A stretch of DNA of 64,000 nucleotides from Podarcis gaigeae (Eukaryota). Every line of letters starts with the position of its first letter. Positions within the stretch are counted from its first letter, which is position 1. The translations under genes and the position numbers were made by a program. Of the stretch, positions 23,959-37,385 are shown in pieces. Below the pieces are notes generated by a model. The model worked only from the letters and a program-made list of their open reading frames with translations, made no database searches and had not been told where the DNA came from. The DNA is taken from the NCBI GenBank assembly GCA_964106915.2, contig OZ066916.1. One strand, given 5' to 3'.

Positions 23959-26716
23959 CTGCAAAGACAAAACAAAACATAGATATCTAGCTCTACATGA
24001 GCAGCAGTAATGCGGAAAGAACCTCCGAAAGTTAAGTGAATACAGAGACAATATTTGCTTTTCTGTTAGAAGCTCAACTGTCTGTTAGTAACAAGCTCTG
24101 CAAGCTTCCCATAGCAACAACAGACACATTCAGACTTGCCATGCACAATGGAGTCTTTTGCCAGCTAATCAGTGAGGGAGATGCATTTGAATTGTCTTAT
24201 TCAGAAAACAGTCCAGTTCCCAATCATGCTTGATGATGAAATGTGAATGTGCTACAACAGCTATACCAAAATTAGCAGATCAGTATGTCTTCTATATATT
24301 TTTTATAGAATATTTATTAAGATTTTTTATAATAATACAAAAAAATGAAAAATAAACAGTAACAAAAATACAAAATAAAAATAATTAAACACACACCATT
24401 TTTTCATTGCTTATTTTCCTTTAACCTGTTTCCCGGACCTCCTCATACCTCCCTTTTTTGTATTCCACTTCAAGTTGTTGGTTCAGCAAATCCTTACCAT
24501 TAAATTTTTACCTGTTTATAACCCTTTTTTCATATTATCTTAAAGCATTACAGCTGGAAACCACTTAATTTCTATCCAACATAGTATGTCTTTTAAACTG
24601 TATTAGTACCTAGCTACAAATAACTCATGAGCTAGAAAACAAACCTTTGCTTCTAAACATATTCCATGAAGGGTAGAAAGTAAAACAGGAGGTAACAACT
24701 GTACAGTTGCCACTATCAGTGGAAAGCTTTTGGCAAAAGCTTAGGTTTGGAACATTAGAGTTGTTTTCCCAGAATAATTTTCCAGTTAGTTATCAGTGTG
24801 GTTTCCGGAATACAATTCTTTATTAGCAGCAATAAACAATTATGGTTTTCCCCATATAATGAACGGAGACAGAGCAAAATAGGGCAGCTTTAGACTTTTA
24901 AAAGAACCGTTTTATGACTGCAACTCTGTACCCACTTATCTGGGAGTAAGTCCCTTTCAACTCAGTGGGGCTTAATTCTAAGGAACCATATTTAGGATTG
25001 TGAGATGCCTAGAGAAAATGTTTTAGGTGAACACTGAATATTTGAAAGTAAAGGAAGTTTGAATGTATACAAAATCAAACATTGTAAGAAAATATATATT
25101 TAAAGAGATTAACAAGGTCTTACTATAGTTATACAAGCAACAGAATGTCTCAAGGTATGTCCACATAATTTCTGGTCTGTGCAGTCCTGCATCAGTTCCC
25201 GTCCCTGCTGGGCTACCTCAGCACACCTAAGGCATACTTGGGATTTGGCTATTGCACAGCCTTCAGTCATAACCATTCCTAGCCAGAAAACACAAGCCCT
25301 TTGTAGCCTGCTTTTGACCAAGAACTGTTGTGCCAGGTTTGATCTGCTGCAAGCAGTTGTTACACAGCCTTTTGTCCATGCAATTAGTTATCTGGAAGCT
25401 CATGCTAGAGATGGTTGAAAATGGCTGTGGACTGCACTGCTAATCTTCAGTATAGTTAACTGGTGCAATATATTTATGAGTATAGCAGTTACAAACTGAG
25501 AAAATCAAAAAGCCCAGAACTGTAGTTAGATACAAAGATGCTCAATTTACAAAGTACGATAAGAAGGTAGTCCATCTTCAGAACACTGCGACCTTCCTGG
25601 GATATGGGCTCTTCAACCTGCTGTTCTAAATTTACATTTAGTAGTAGAATAAATGCTGATTATGGAAATTGCACTAAAATTGGCTTGAGAATTCATTAAA
25701 ACATGCTAATGGTATCTTATGCAAATTTTGCTGCTAAAGAGCAACCTTCTTTTAATGCATAATATGCAAAATTACTTACAGGATACCATTTAAAGTTTTG
25801 AGTTAATTAGTTACAGTTCTGGAAGAATTTTCAAATAAGAGTTCTAACTTATATGAATTAGTTACAGCGTTCTATTTTACACTGAGTGTGCCAGAGTAAG
25901 TTCCTTAATAGAAGAAATAAAAACACGTTTCAGCTGAAATAATTTAAAAATATATACTTATTTTTGAGTGAGTATACTATGTATTACCATTACAGACTAA
26001 ATATCACTCATAAGATCAGACAAACCACCCTGAGATTTGTATGAAGTATAATAATATAACTGCCAGTCAGTAGGAAGATGTGGGTGAGGAATAAAGTGAA
26101 ATAATGTTTTAAAAATATGAGTTGTAAAGGACTTTGATTTAGTAAGGGTAATCTGAAAGGCAAACCAAAGGAAAGTTTTTCAGTCAAACTTAAATCACTG
26201 AGCTGATAAAAAGGAATCAGAAAATTAGAAAACAATTTAAACCTGTTAAAATTATTAAGTTGAAGTCTATGACCTATATTCACTCGCTTTATAAAGCTTG
26301 ATGAAATGTTCATCTCCATTTTTCTTATGTCTGCCCAAAACCCATTTTAAGCAGCTTGATTTCCCCCCCTTCAACCATTCGCCACTTATTGAACATTAAA
26401 CTTTATTGAAAAGTGATGCTTGAACATGGATACATTTTTAATCTTTTGTGAAAACAATATTAGCAAGTTTGCTTTGGTATTTGTGTTTTGTAAATGTACC
26501 AATGCTATAACATCATAAGCTTTGAATAAAAAGGTACAATTTGGGGGGGGGGAGGTGTCCTGGCAGAATTGGTTGTCACTTGATGCTTTGTCTAAAACAT
26601 TCTGGTCTGTAAGAATTCTAACAGAGTGTAGTAAATGTTTACAGTTCCAGTTAGCATACTTACGGCTGAATATTCAAGACAAAGGAAATAAATACAGCTG
26701 AAATTATTTGTTTTAC

Positions 26717-27187
26717 CTTTCAGTCTCTTCAAGTAGACTGGAACATCACTCTTAATACTTTTTGAATCTTCCTCGGTTGATTCCCAGATCATTGTTGGGG
26801 GATTGTTTTGTGCTAACCAGTTTGCCACTTTGCTCTCCGGGGCCATCATCACAGTTTGAAGCCCAGGAAGATCCTGGGCACCAGAAGGAGAAGGCTTCTT
26901 AGATTTGTGGCGCTGATCTGGAGTGAATTTTGTAACATGATCTTTGATGGTTACTTTTCCTGGGGTGCTGTCATCAAATTCAATAGTAAATGAAGCATGC
27001 CCTGCCCCTGCTATGTGTGTGTCTTTTGTTGGGATCTCATGAATAGTACCCTCAGGTATTTGGGAATGTTGATGGAATTCCTTTGTAGGGATTTCAAAAT
27101 AACTTGGCTCCCTACAGAAAGGATAATTTTCTTCTTCACTTGCAGCTGCAGATTGCTCCTCAGCTTGCTTGCCATCTGTGCTGCATC
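26717..27187 (-). CDS. CEP170: CEP170 coding exon (471 nt), GCSTDGKQ...[10 protein letters not shown]
   Basis: [43 protein letters not shown]; acceptor cttaatag|GA, donor AAAG|gtaaaa. Confidence 0.97.
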
Positions 27188-29105
27188 CTATTAAGAAAAA
27201 CAAAGAAATTGAAATTCTCCAATATTGCAAAAGCCGAGGCTTCAAGGAATTTCAGAGTTCACATAAAAGCCAGGAGACAATTCTTGGGAAGGACATAAGA
27301 AGAGCCCTGCCAGATCTGATCAAAGGCCTATTTAGTCCATCATCCTGTCTCCCAGTTGCCTGTGGGAAGCCCACGAGCAATGCAGAAAGACTGAAAAATA
27401 TAGCTCCAGAATTGCAAGTCTTCTCTGTTGATAGTTCCATATTGAAGACAGGCATGAAAGTACGTGCACATCTAACCAAAAGAAAGCTCACTAAGAATGC
27501 CAAAGAAACAAGTTCATGGGTATCAAAAGATTACACAATTGAATAGAGCCATGGGGAGGGGTATCTTTGTCTTCATGAAGTCCTGAAGAGTAAATATGAA
27601 CTTGGCTTTAATTCAGATTTTAATATATCCCTGCCAATGGAAGCAAATAAGCTAGATTGCAGCGACTCAAGACACTTCTGAAAATCCAATGCCGAAAAGT
27701 ACAGTGCAGGAAAGGAAGATAAAATTAAAATGGAATGTAACGTCTATAAGCAGTAAGAAACATGCAGAAGTTTGTAAATATCTTGCTTTTTGATGGATAA
27801 AGAAGCCGGAGAAGAGAGGAACAATGTACATTCTGAATAAATGCTAAATCCAAGCTTTTGTGGAGCTGCTAGCAAAACATTATGCATTCAGCACAATAAG
27901 CTTGCTTGCCAAGTATTAGAGATTTGAATGCACCACAAGCAACTGCTGCTGAAGTGAATACTGGTAAGTCGATTCCAATGGCTGAATGGAGCAATATCAT
28001 TTATTTTTCAAGATGCACATAAAGTAACAAAACAGATAACTTTAAAACACTAACACATTTTAAAGAAATCTACTAACATATTTACTCTGTGGATGAAAAT
28101 GGTACAATGTCATGCAAAATGCATTTTAAAATGGGCAGCACAGCAAACAGAATATTCACAATGATTTTCAGGAGTCATGTCATTTAATTTTACTATCGTT
28201 TCTCTAGAAAGAAGCAGCTAAAAAGCTGGGGCTGTGTTTCATGTTAAAGAGTTAATGAATTCCAGCGCAACATACAGCTGAAGACATTGGGGAATGAATG
28301 TTATTGGCAAGGGATCAGAGAACTGGTACACAGTATCCTGTGATCTTCAGCTTCAACAGAAAAGCAGCTGATGAGGTTTACTTTGTTTTACCACAGTGTT
28401 AAAATATAAAATACTTGACCAATTTTAAAAGATTATTCCAATTAAGATTCACAGTTTTATCAACATCTCCTGCCAAGACTAAATAAGAACTAGGAAAATT
28501 GCTCTGGAATGCACATTTTTGCTCCACTTTCTGTGCGAAAAGGTAGGTTTTTAAATTACTTTTAAACTGTCTATCTTTTCTACGGTAATTACCTTGGTAG
28601 AAACTGGTAAAGAGATTTCCTCCACCTCCCAGACAATTAAGATCTATAATACATCCTCTTAATTAAGCAACAAAAATTGCTCACACAAGAACGCATACAT
28701 TGGCCCAGATCAAAAATTGCTCATGTGCAACTTCTCATGCTGCTAGGTGCCTCCCTCCTGCTTCAGCCCACATTTCCATATCCCATATTATTCTGGAGGG
28801 TACTATAACCTTCAGGAGCAGCTTTACAGGGGACTCAGGTGGAGAATGGGGTTGGAATCCCCTGTTGAACAAGTGACATTCCGCTTTTGTATCCTTGGCT
28901 TGAGGCCACTCTATAAAATGTCTTAGTTTTATTAGTTATAGCACAAAAGACAAAAAGCTACCAGTATACTAACTTTGGTGGGTTAAAAAGTCAACTTCCT
29001 CCAATTAGGTTTTTGGACCCTGAATTGATGTTGCTGTTGCTTTGGGGAGCTGTGCTAAATCACTTCTTAAGAGGGAAGTTGTTAATAGATTTTAAATATC
29101 CTTAC

Positions 29106-29120
29106 CTTTTCTAGTAAGCA
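29106..29120 (-). CDS. CEP170: Candidate 15-nt CEP170 microexon (adds VLTRK)
   Basis: gttaactctttgcatgctacag|TGCTTACTAGAAAAG|gtaagg; strong donor, phase 1-1, stop-free, UGC/UGCAUG next to the acceptor. Confidence 0.6.
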
Positions 29121-30843
29121 CTGTAGCATGCAAAGAGTTAACAGTTCAAAAATGAGTTCTCTGCCAGGATACTGTGTACTACAACAGTGATGGGAAACAA
29201 TCAGGCAAGTTGCTTAACTACCATGCAATGCAGAACTGGATGTACATGAAATGAATGGTATCTGTACAAGAATGACAAAATGTGAGCTTCTACGGATTTG
29301 AAATCAGGAAAGTAGCCGAGGCTTCTGGAGATGAAAAACAGCAAGGTTTTGCTTTCAATGGAAAACAGCACAGTGAAGGAAGCAAGAAATGCTCAGGGCA
29401 GAAAGCTGGTAGGGAACAGGAGGATAATAAGAGCAGGTGTTAACAGCAAAGCCAGGAGCTAAGAGCGAAGCTGGGTAAAGTAGTAAGGGGTGGCCTGCAG
29501 GGAAGTCCATGGAAGGAAGAACAAAGACAGAACAAGTCTGTTTTAATATGTGATGCTTTCGGAGAAGCAGTTAGGATGGGTTCTGGATTGAAAGAAGTAA
29601 AAGTGCTTGTTTATATGAAGGAGACGGATTCTGCAGGAGTGGGAGCTAATAGACCAGAAGTGCAATGATACTTATCGTCTCAACTGTTCTAGGAAGAATT
29701 CAATAGCTGGAGATTGAAATATTAGCACTGTGCTTTATCAAATACACTCTGTTACAATATATTGCTTGGCAGCCAAGTTATTTCCAACTCTGCTGTCTTC
29801 TTGTAAATTCTTCACTATTAAACAGGCAGCTCAGTGCTCCCAAAATTGGGGTGTGTTCATAGTTAAAACCTGTTAAAAGTTTAAAGAATTACAGTGCAAT
29901 TTACTGTTTAACATGTACAGTTTCATAGAATCTGACAATCATTAAAAATGCAAGTAACAGATGCAAAGAAAGCTGTAGTCAAGAACCAAGAAAATAAAAT
30001 CAAAGAGATCTAGCTGGAAATAAATTATAAAAAGTTTGCAACCAGCAAATATTCACTATCAAAGCTAATCTGTAATGTTCTTTTTGGGTGGGGCCGGTTA
30101 TAAAGGCATCATGACCTTAGCAGTTCAATAATTGTTTCAAGGGTATTTCTTCCACGTAACAGATTTTTAACTAGTCAGAATGTATAAATGGAGATTTGTT
30201 TCAGAGCTCTCTGGATAACCACGAGAAACGAGAAATATATAAATGGCACAGAAATATGAGCATAATTAATTAAGCATGTTTTGCTCTTGGTTTTTGTTTT
30301 GTTTTGTTTTATTAACCACCAGTACTTCTAAGTTCAAAAGTACCCCTAAAGTGTGTTTGCAACTCCCCATACCCAAGTCAATTAGAAAATGTGTTTTGAT
30401 AGAAAGTTAATAGCATAAGTGAACCTACAATAAAAAGTTGCTATGTAGACTGCTCTCATTCAGGATTCCTGCCAACCAGCCATGCTCTCTCCTATGATAT
30501 TACATGTGTTCCTCATTTTCCCGATAATCAGTCAGTATTTGATGCACAATAAGCACATTCAATCCTCACTCCACTGTATGCAATTATTTTCCAAAAGCAG
30601 GGTTGTGGTTTTAGATGAGCATTTTTATACATCTGCAGATCCTTGGATTGCACTGAGCTGATACCGCATCCTTGTGTATTGATGGTGCCATTTTGGTTAC
30701 CTAAGGAATGGCACAATTATATATGATGAAATTTTACAAATGTGTGCTGGGGGTGCATTGTCACTGTTCCTCAAACATTTAAAGTGATGATATAAAGCTA
30801 GCAAATCTACTCAGTTAAAACATCATTAATCTATAAGGTAGTA

Positions 30844-31085
30844 CAGTGGTACCTCTGGTTACAAACTTAATTCGTTCCAGAGGTCTGTTCTTAAGCTGAA
30901 ACCGCGCTTATCCTGAGGTGCGCTTTTGCTAATGGGGTCTCCCGCTGCATGCATGCCTCTGTCATGCGATTTCTGTTCACATCCTGGGGCAAAGTTTGCA
31001 ACCAGGAGCAGCTACTTCCAGGTTAGCGGAGCTTGTAACCTGAAGCATTCGTAACCAGAAGCATTTGTAAGCAGAGGTACTACTG
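30844..31085. mobile_element. Tigger-like MITE
   Basis: TA|CAGTGGTACCTCTGGTTAC...GTAAGCAGAGGTACTACTG|TA. Confidence 0.85.
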
Positions 31086-33409
31086 TATTTCTTCCATGGG
31101 GAAAATAGTAGTTTGATATCCAAGATATTCTTTCACAAAGAACAAAAAAGGATGATGCTTTAAAGACAAGATATAAAGACTGAACATTTTAACAACTAGT
31201 AAAAATGACTCAAGCGGGCATACAAGGGGAGACAATCAAATTTCAGATACACATTTAAATCTGGAAATCTTTGTTCACAATCCCTCACTTATGCTTACTA
31301 TTAAAGAAGCTTGAGCCTTTCAGAAAAGTCTGATATTTATAAATAATGCATTACAGATTTTAATCTAGCTCCAGTTTCAATACACCAAAGTGAAGAACAG
31401 TATATTAGCCTCAAAGGTCACAGACTTTTGTTTGCAACTCTCCAAATAAGGTAGGTACAATTAAAAATGGATTGCTCAGTAGATTGATTTTGTTTCAAAA
31501 CCACAGTCTAGTCAGCCATATTTGGGACTGGAAAAGACTTTTCCTTTGAATTAATACCCTAGATTGCATGCAATGGTCATTTCATGGACAGCATGGAGGA
31601 CTGCAGTAGAATCAGCATAAATGGGGTGCCACAGCTTGCACCAATGAAAGCACTTTTCATTAAGACAAAGCTATCATTGGATACCACCCACTGAATTTTC
31701 TTGTGTTGCTTATCATGCAGTGTCTGTTTTTCCCCTGCAAGAAAATCCAGTTACTATTATTCAATATTTATCCCAGTCTGAAACGAATATCAATCTGAAA
31801 AATGTGCTGTAGGCTTTGGAAGGAGAATCCATTCCAAGAAGTGACTAATGCAACAGATAACTTATATACCTCTTTCATATTCAGGACCATAAATCATATC
31901 AATATTCTTTTCTCATAGAAGGGAAGGCTTGAATCAGCACAATCCATTATAAACTTGAGTTTTGGGAATCAACAATAGACTTCAGCACTCTTGGGAGATC
32001 AGTTCAGAGCACACCATATTGATGTATATAGAGTACTATATTTAACTGCCAAAGATAATTGAAAGCTTATAGCCTTGAAATAAAGTATGTTACTAAAAAG
32101 CTAGAAACATTCAGCACACTGAGGTAGGCATTTATTTTTTGTAAGGATTTATTAAAGTAAGATATAAAAAGTAAGGTGACAAATAAGAGTAGTAGGTAGT
32201 TTAAAATAGTACATTGTATGTGTAATGTATGTGTATCTGCACCATCCTAAATCATGTTTTCTGGATCCATAGCAGAGAAAACAGATCAACATTACCAAAT
32301 ATACCAAAAGTAAAGTCTATAACACCTGATCTGAGCCCACTGAGGTTTGCTTGCTGGGACATTTTCCATTACAGGTTTCTACTAAGGCTGAAAAACAGTA
32401 ATACCAAAATAATCTTATTAATTTAAGTCTATAAAGGCTAATTGTATCTAGTTGGCTTAGCAGAAACTAATCTCCTCTATCAATCTCCTCATTAAACCAT
32501 GCCCCATCTGCTATATTATATACGTTCCCTTCAAAATAATACCAATTTTCAGAAGTGCAAAGTGGTGAAGCAGTTTTGGTAAATTGAGTATGCCAGTTCA
32601 GGCTTGTTTTAAGTTACTTACAAAAGTTATTAACAAACAACCAAGGCCTTAATTTATAAACTAGCTGCTATGAAGTAGACCAAAATCTCACATTGAATGC
32701 CATTAAATCTATGCCCAAGAAAATATATTTTCTTATCATATTTATATAGCAAACTGCATGCAAACTCCAATGTAACATTTATGTTTCATGAAGAAATAAC
32801 AATGAAGGACCGATTACATGTGAAAAACGTAACAGTGGAATAAAACTGAAAGTTGATTCTGAAGATATATTTGCATATAGATTCCAGCTCATTCCTACTC
32901 ATGGAACTTTCATCCAAAATGCAAGATAATTTTTCTTACTATTTTTTTACATGGAGGAAAAAGACTATGATTGATTGACCGGGGAGACATGCACAGCCTC
33001 AATTGTCAACAAAAGCTAGTGCTCCTGTTGATGTCTTAAGCTTGTTATGGAATGAAAAGGAAAGCTACTGATGTGATTGCTCCTGAGTGCCTCTCCAATC
33101 TGTAGAAACGTGGTACTCAGGTGAGCTCCATCCTATGTAATGGGTTGGACAATGCTTGGAGCGCAGGTGGCGCAAGTCACAGAGTGAATGGAACCAAACA
33201 CTGATTGGTGATAACTGCACCTACCATGTGGCAGTGGCGGCAGCAGAGAATGTGCATTTCTCTGCCACCACTGCATTCTTGGTAAATCACCAGGCAGAGC
33301 AGTTTCAGAGGATAAATGGGCTTATTAGGTCCAGTCCAGTAATGAAAACATTGTATGGGGGCTCCAGCCCAATTACAGCATGCAAGTAACCTATATTTCT
33401 CTATCCACT

Positions 33410-34010
33410 TTCTTCACATCAGGTGTAATCTTGTAAACGTCTATCATGTTGCCCCTTACTTGCCCTTTTTCTAAACTAAAAAGCTAAGTAGTCTATGTAG
33501 GGAAGTTGCTCCAGCTCACTGATCATTTGTGTGCACTTATTTGCAGCATTTGCAGCTCTACCATATTTTAGATAGATAAGATACACTTTTTAATTTTTGG
33601 GATGTGGCAACTAAAACTGTGTACTGTATTCCAAATGTAGCTGCACAGACTTGTATTAAGGAATTACAATATTCAAGTTTTCATTTTTGGTCCTTTCAGT
33701 TGACATTTTTGTTTAATGATCCACAGTGACCTCAAGTTCTCTTTCCTGGTTAGTGTACTTTAATTCAGAATCCATCAATGTACATGTGGTTAGAATAATT
33801 TGCCCCACTGAACATCATTTTATGCTTCCATTGAACCTCATTTGACATTTTGTTGGACTTTTCACCTACTTTAGTAATATTTTACTCACTGTCCAATTTG
33901 ATACATTCGGACATGACTAAATGACTAAACAACAATTTTCAATAATTATGGCAATAATTATGGCACAATCTGCAAACAGGGCCACCTCATTGCTTACCCT
34001 AACTCCAAAA
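33410..34010 (-). mobile_element. Old CR1 LINE fragment
   Basis: Degenerate antisense CR1 ORF2 3' sequence (CTTTTTTCTAAACTAAA, GGAAGTTGCTCCAG, TACTGTATTCCAAATGT); boundaries approximate. Confidence 0.55.
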
Positions 34011-35889
34011 AGCAAAATGGAATATAAAAGCAATATTGAATATAAAGACTTTTGATATATACATGCCAGGTTTTTTCCCCCTTGAAACATTGAATATAAT
34101 ATTAATACACAATTAGGAAATGTCAGAAGGCTGTAATAACTATGTGGTTCTATCTGACTAAATCATACTTGGAGTAGAACCATTATATTCAATGAACGTT
34201 AGTCATCACTAAATCAATTCTATTGATTTCAATAGGTCTAAGAATGACTTAGTTGAACATAACTGACAGGCCAACCTATTTTCAGGTGTAACAACAAGAA
34301 TATGGGACACATTAGTGAGTTTAAGTGGAGTTGCTAACTTTTGTTTTTACTGAACTAACAGATAATTACAGCTTGTCAAATAGCCCTTACTAAGCCTAAA
34401 CTAGACATTATGGAGAGATGTATAAGCACCACTAATAAGCATTTCGCAGATAACTTGTAGAAACATAATTATATCATTATTTCCCCATCCCACTTGCAAG
34501 GGGTAACCAATGAAACAGAGCAGTGGGCAAGGATATGCTAATATGGTATCGTTTTCAGCTGCATGTTAACTGGACCTGCATGTATCCCCATAAGCTTGGG
34601 CTATGCCAGGGATGGGGAACACATGGCCCTCCAGATGAAATTGGACTCAACTCTAACTGCCCCAGTTGATATGGCCAAGAGTCCAGGATGAGCTCTGTAG
34701 TCCAATAACATTGAGGTGTGGGGAGTGTGGGTGGCATAGGCTCCGACTGCTAGGCTTTGCAGTACAATCCTGAATTTTTCTGCTCAATAGGACTTACTTC
34801 TAGGTAAGTGACTATATGATTACAGCCTCCCTAATTCACCAGAAAAGAACTCTATACCTATTTTTTATAGCACAGGTATTTGAAATACTTAACATTATAG
34901 GAAAAAATGACAGTAACATGCGATAGAAACTGTAGACAGAAGCCATGCACAGCCAAAATCCCAAATAAAACTATTTTCAGAGAAACTGCTTTGTTTTCCC
35001 AAATATGTAACAAGAGACATGTCCTTCCAATGCATACATTTTATTCACATACACTTTACATTGCATAGATTTAGTAGTCTATATCCATATCCATTTTCAT
35101 TACTTAAATGTCTACTACCAAGTGGCTAATATTCTAAAATCAACTGGTTTGTAAAAAATGTTTGGATCACATCAAAAGTATACAAATGGAATTCGATTGA
35201 GCACTCTCTCAATTCACTGGAGTATCTGAAAGGTAAAAAGCCAGTGGCTCAATTCCACCTTTGGTACATTAGTGCATGACAATATAATTCCTAGAGGAAA
35301 CATTTCATATCTTTTAAGTTTTGTACAACACAAAAAATACACTGAATCAGAACAGCTCTTGGGAACAGACAAAACTTGTTTTCACTGAGAAACTGGCTTT
35401 ATAGTTCCTAGTCCCCAATAATACACTTTTAGGTTGCAATCTTATACATATTTTCCTGGGAGTAAATCAGTGGGGCTTACTTCTGAGCTGACATGCATTG
35501 TTAATTTCCCCTAGATAAGTGAATGGCTGTCATTAATTCCTATGGAGGGGAAAAAACAAATCTATGACATTTGATATGACTGGCACATTGTGACCAAAAC
35601 CTGCCACCCGGCCATTGCCACTGACTGATCCAACCTCCACTGAAAGATGCCAATATGTACACAGACACAGGGCCCCACAGTTTAGTGATATTTTCTTCTT
35701 CCTCCCACACCAAAATGGCAAGTATTTAGTTAGTTTACATGAATTTTATGCTTAAATTATTGTAGACATTGTTCTCTTACCATTATTTTCTTAGACATGT
35801 GGACTGACTTAGAATATATACCAGGCCTACCAGATGTGAAATGGAGGTGGGGAAAAGCTACAAATGGATCTGATTATAAATAACCTTAC

Positions 35890-36024
35890 CTAAAACTCCA
35901 GTTTCTTGTATTTTCTCCTCAGGTTTACTATCAGGTTTGTAACCATTCTGTTCTTCAGCTTCATCCTCACCCCACCATGATGGCTGCCCATATAATGGTG
36001 TGCCCCGAGGCATGGCAGAAAGAT
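35890..36024 (-). CDS. CEP170: CEP170 coding exon (135 nt), [21 protein letters not shown]...
   Basis: Conserved [14 protein letters not shown]; acceptor tatatag|AT, donor TTAG|gtaagg. Confidence 0.97.
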   Translation of the reverse strand: MFLPCLGAHHYMGSHHGGVRMKLKNRMVTNLIVNLRRKYKKLEF

Positions 36025-36179
36025 CTATATAAACAAACAAAATAGATTAGTCATTTGGAGCGGCAAGAGTGACACTATGAGAAAATGGTAAAGAATAGAA
36101 TATGGATTGTGGCTAATGTGTTTACACTACTTCCAAAACCAAGATACAGAGTACATTGGAGCATGTAAACAGCCTAAGC

Positions 36180-36256
36180 TATCTACATTCTGGATAAAAC
36201 AAAAGATTATCTACATTCTGGATAAAACAAAAGATTTTTATTCTGGATAAAACAAA
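36180..36256. repeat. 28-bp tandem repeat, 2 full copies plus a partial
   Basis: TATCTACATTCTGGATAAAACAAAAGAT x2 + ATTCTGGATAAAACAAA. Confidence 0.9.
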
Positions 36257-36811
36257 GAAGGCCCCTTTGATTCACAATGAATAATTATTTTCCACTTTCC
36301 TTCTTTTAATTTTTTTTAATGTCTCCAAATATGCTAGTTTGGCAAAGAAATACTTGTTTTAATAAAAGTAATAAAGCATTCACCGGACTTCAAAGCTGCT
36401 GCAACAAAATTTCATTCACTTTAAAATGAAAACACATACAATGTAATGTGTCAGATAGCAAAGCCAAGCTGATTTAAGAAATACAAGGGATCTGACAATT
36501 AATTGTAGCTTTTTGTTTCTATTTACACCGTAACAGCCAGAAAAGCACACTGTTAAGAGGCAAGTGATACAGAATGAGGAGATCTTTCCTATTAGGCCAC
36601 TACACAGAATGTTAATTTCTTTGCAGAACTATAACAATTAGGTACTATAACAAAGTAAGAAACAAACCTGGCAATTTTTACAATGGCATATGAGGCAATT
36701 AATGGCCCAACTCCTCTGTACCTTATCTAACTCAAAACATCTTACAGTGGCTTCTCAAAAGTTAATATATTTTAATAGCTAGAACTGACAGTACGAATTC
36801 ATTTCTCTCAC

Positions 36812-36974
36812 CTGTCACTTTCTCTTCAGATTTCAGTGTGTCTATAACTTTGTGGTGCACTTCAGCAATGGTGTCTTGTACCTTTGGCTGTGTAGCTTTG
36901 GCACTGGTTAGCTTTGATCCTTCTGCCTCCGAGGATTTTTGGGATAGCTGCAGTTGACTTGTAAACTTCTCATG
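36812..36974 (-). CDS. CEP170: CEP170 coding exon (163 nt), [13 protein letters not shown]...SEEKVT
   Basis: CEP170 homology; acceptor atatacag|CAT, donor ACAG|gtgaga. Confidence 0.96.
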
Positions 36975-37385
36975 CTGTATATTAGATAATTCCCCATCAA
37001 GCAAAGCAACAGAACATTAAGTATTCAACATTAAGTTTTAATAAACTACTATAAAATGAATCAATCAAGGTATTCAATATAAGCCATATTCAAAGCAGAC
37101 CCATTCAAATCAACGAACTTAAGTTACCTAGGTCCATTGTTTGTACTGGATCAACTTAAGTTGGGCATCACCCAATATACTGATTCTAAACCAACTGGTT
37201 GCATTTGCAGATAATACCAAGACACAGTTTGTGTTTCCTAGCTGTGATCTGTCTGAATATATGAACCTGGCCCAGGAAATTAACCATGGATTATTTACAG
37301 AAAACATACCATACTGTTAACTTATGAACTACAGTTCACTTTAACTATGGTTTGTTGTTAAGTCAGAATCCAGGATCCTGACGTA

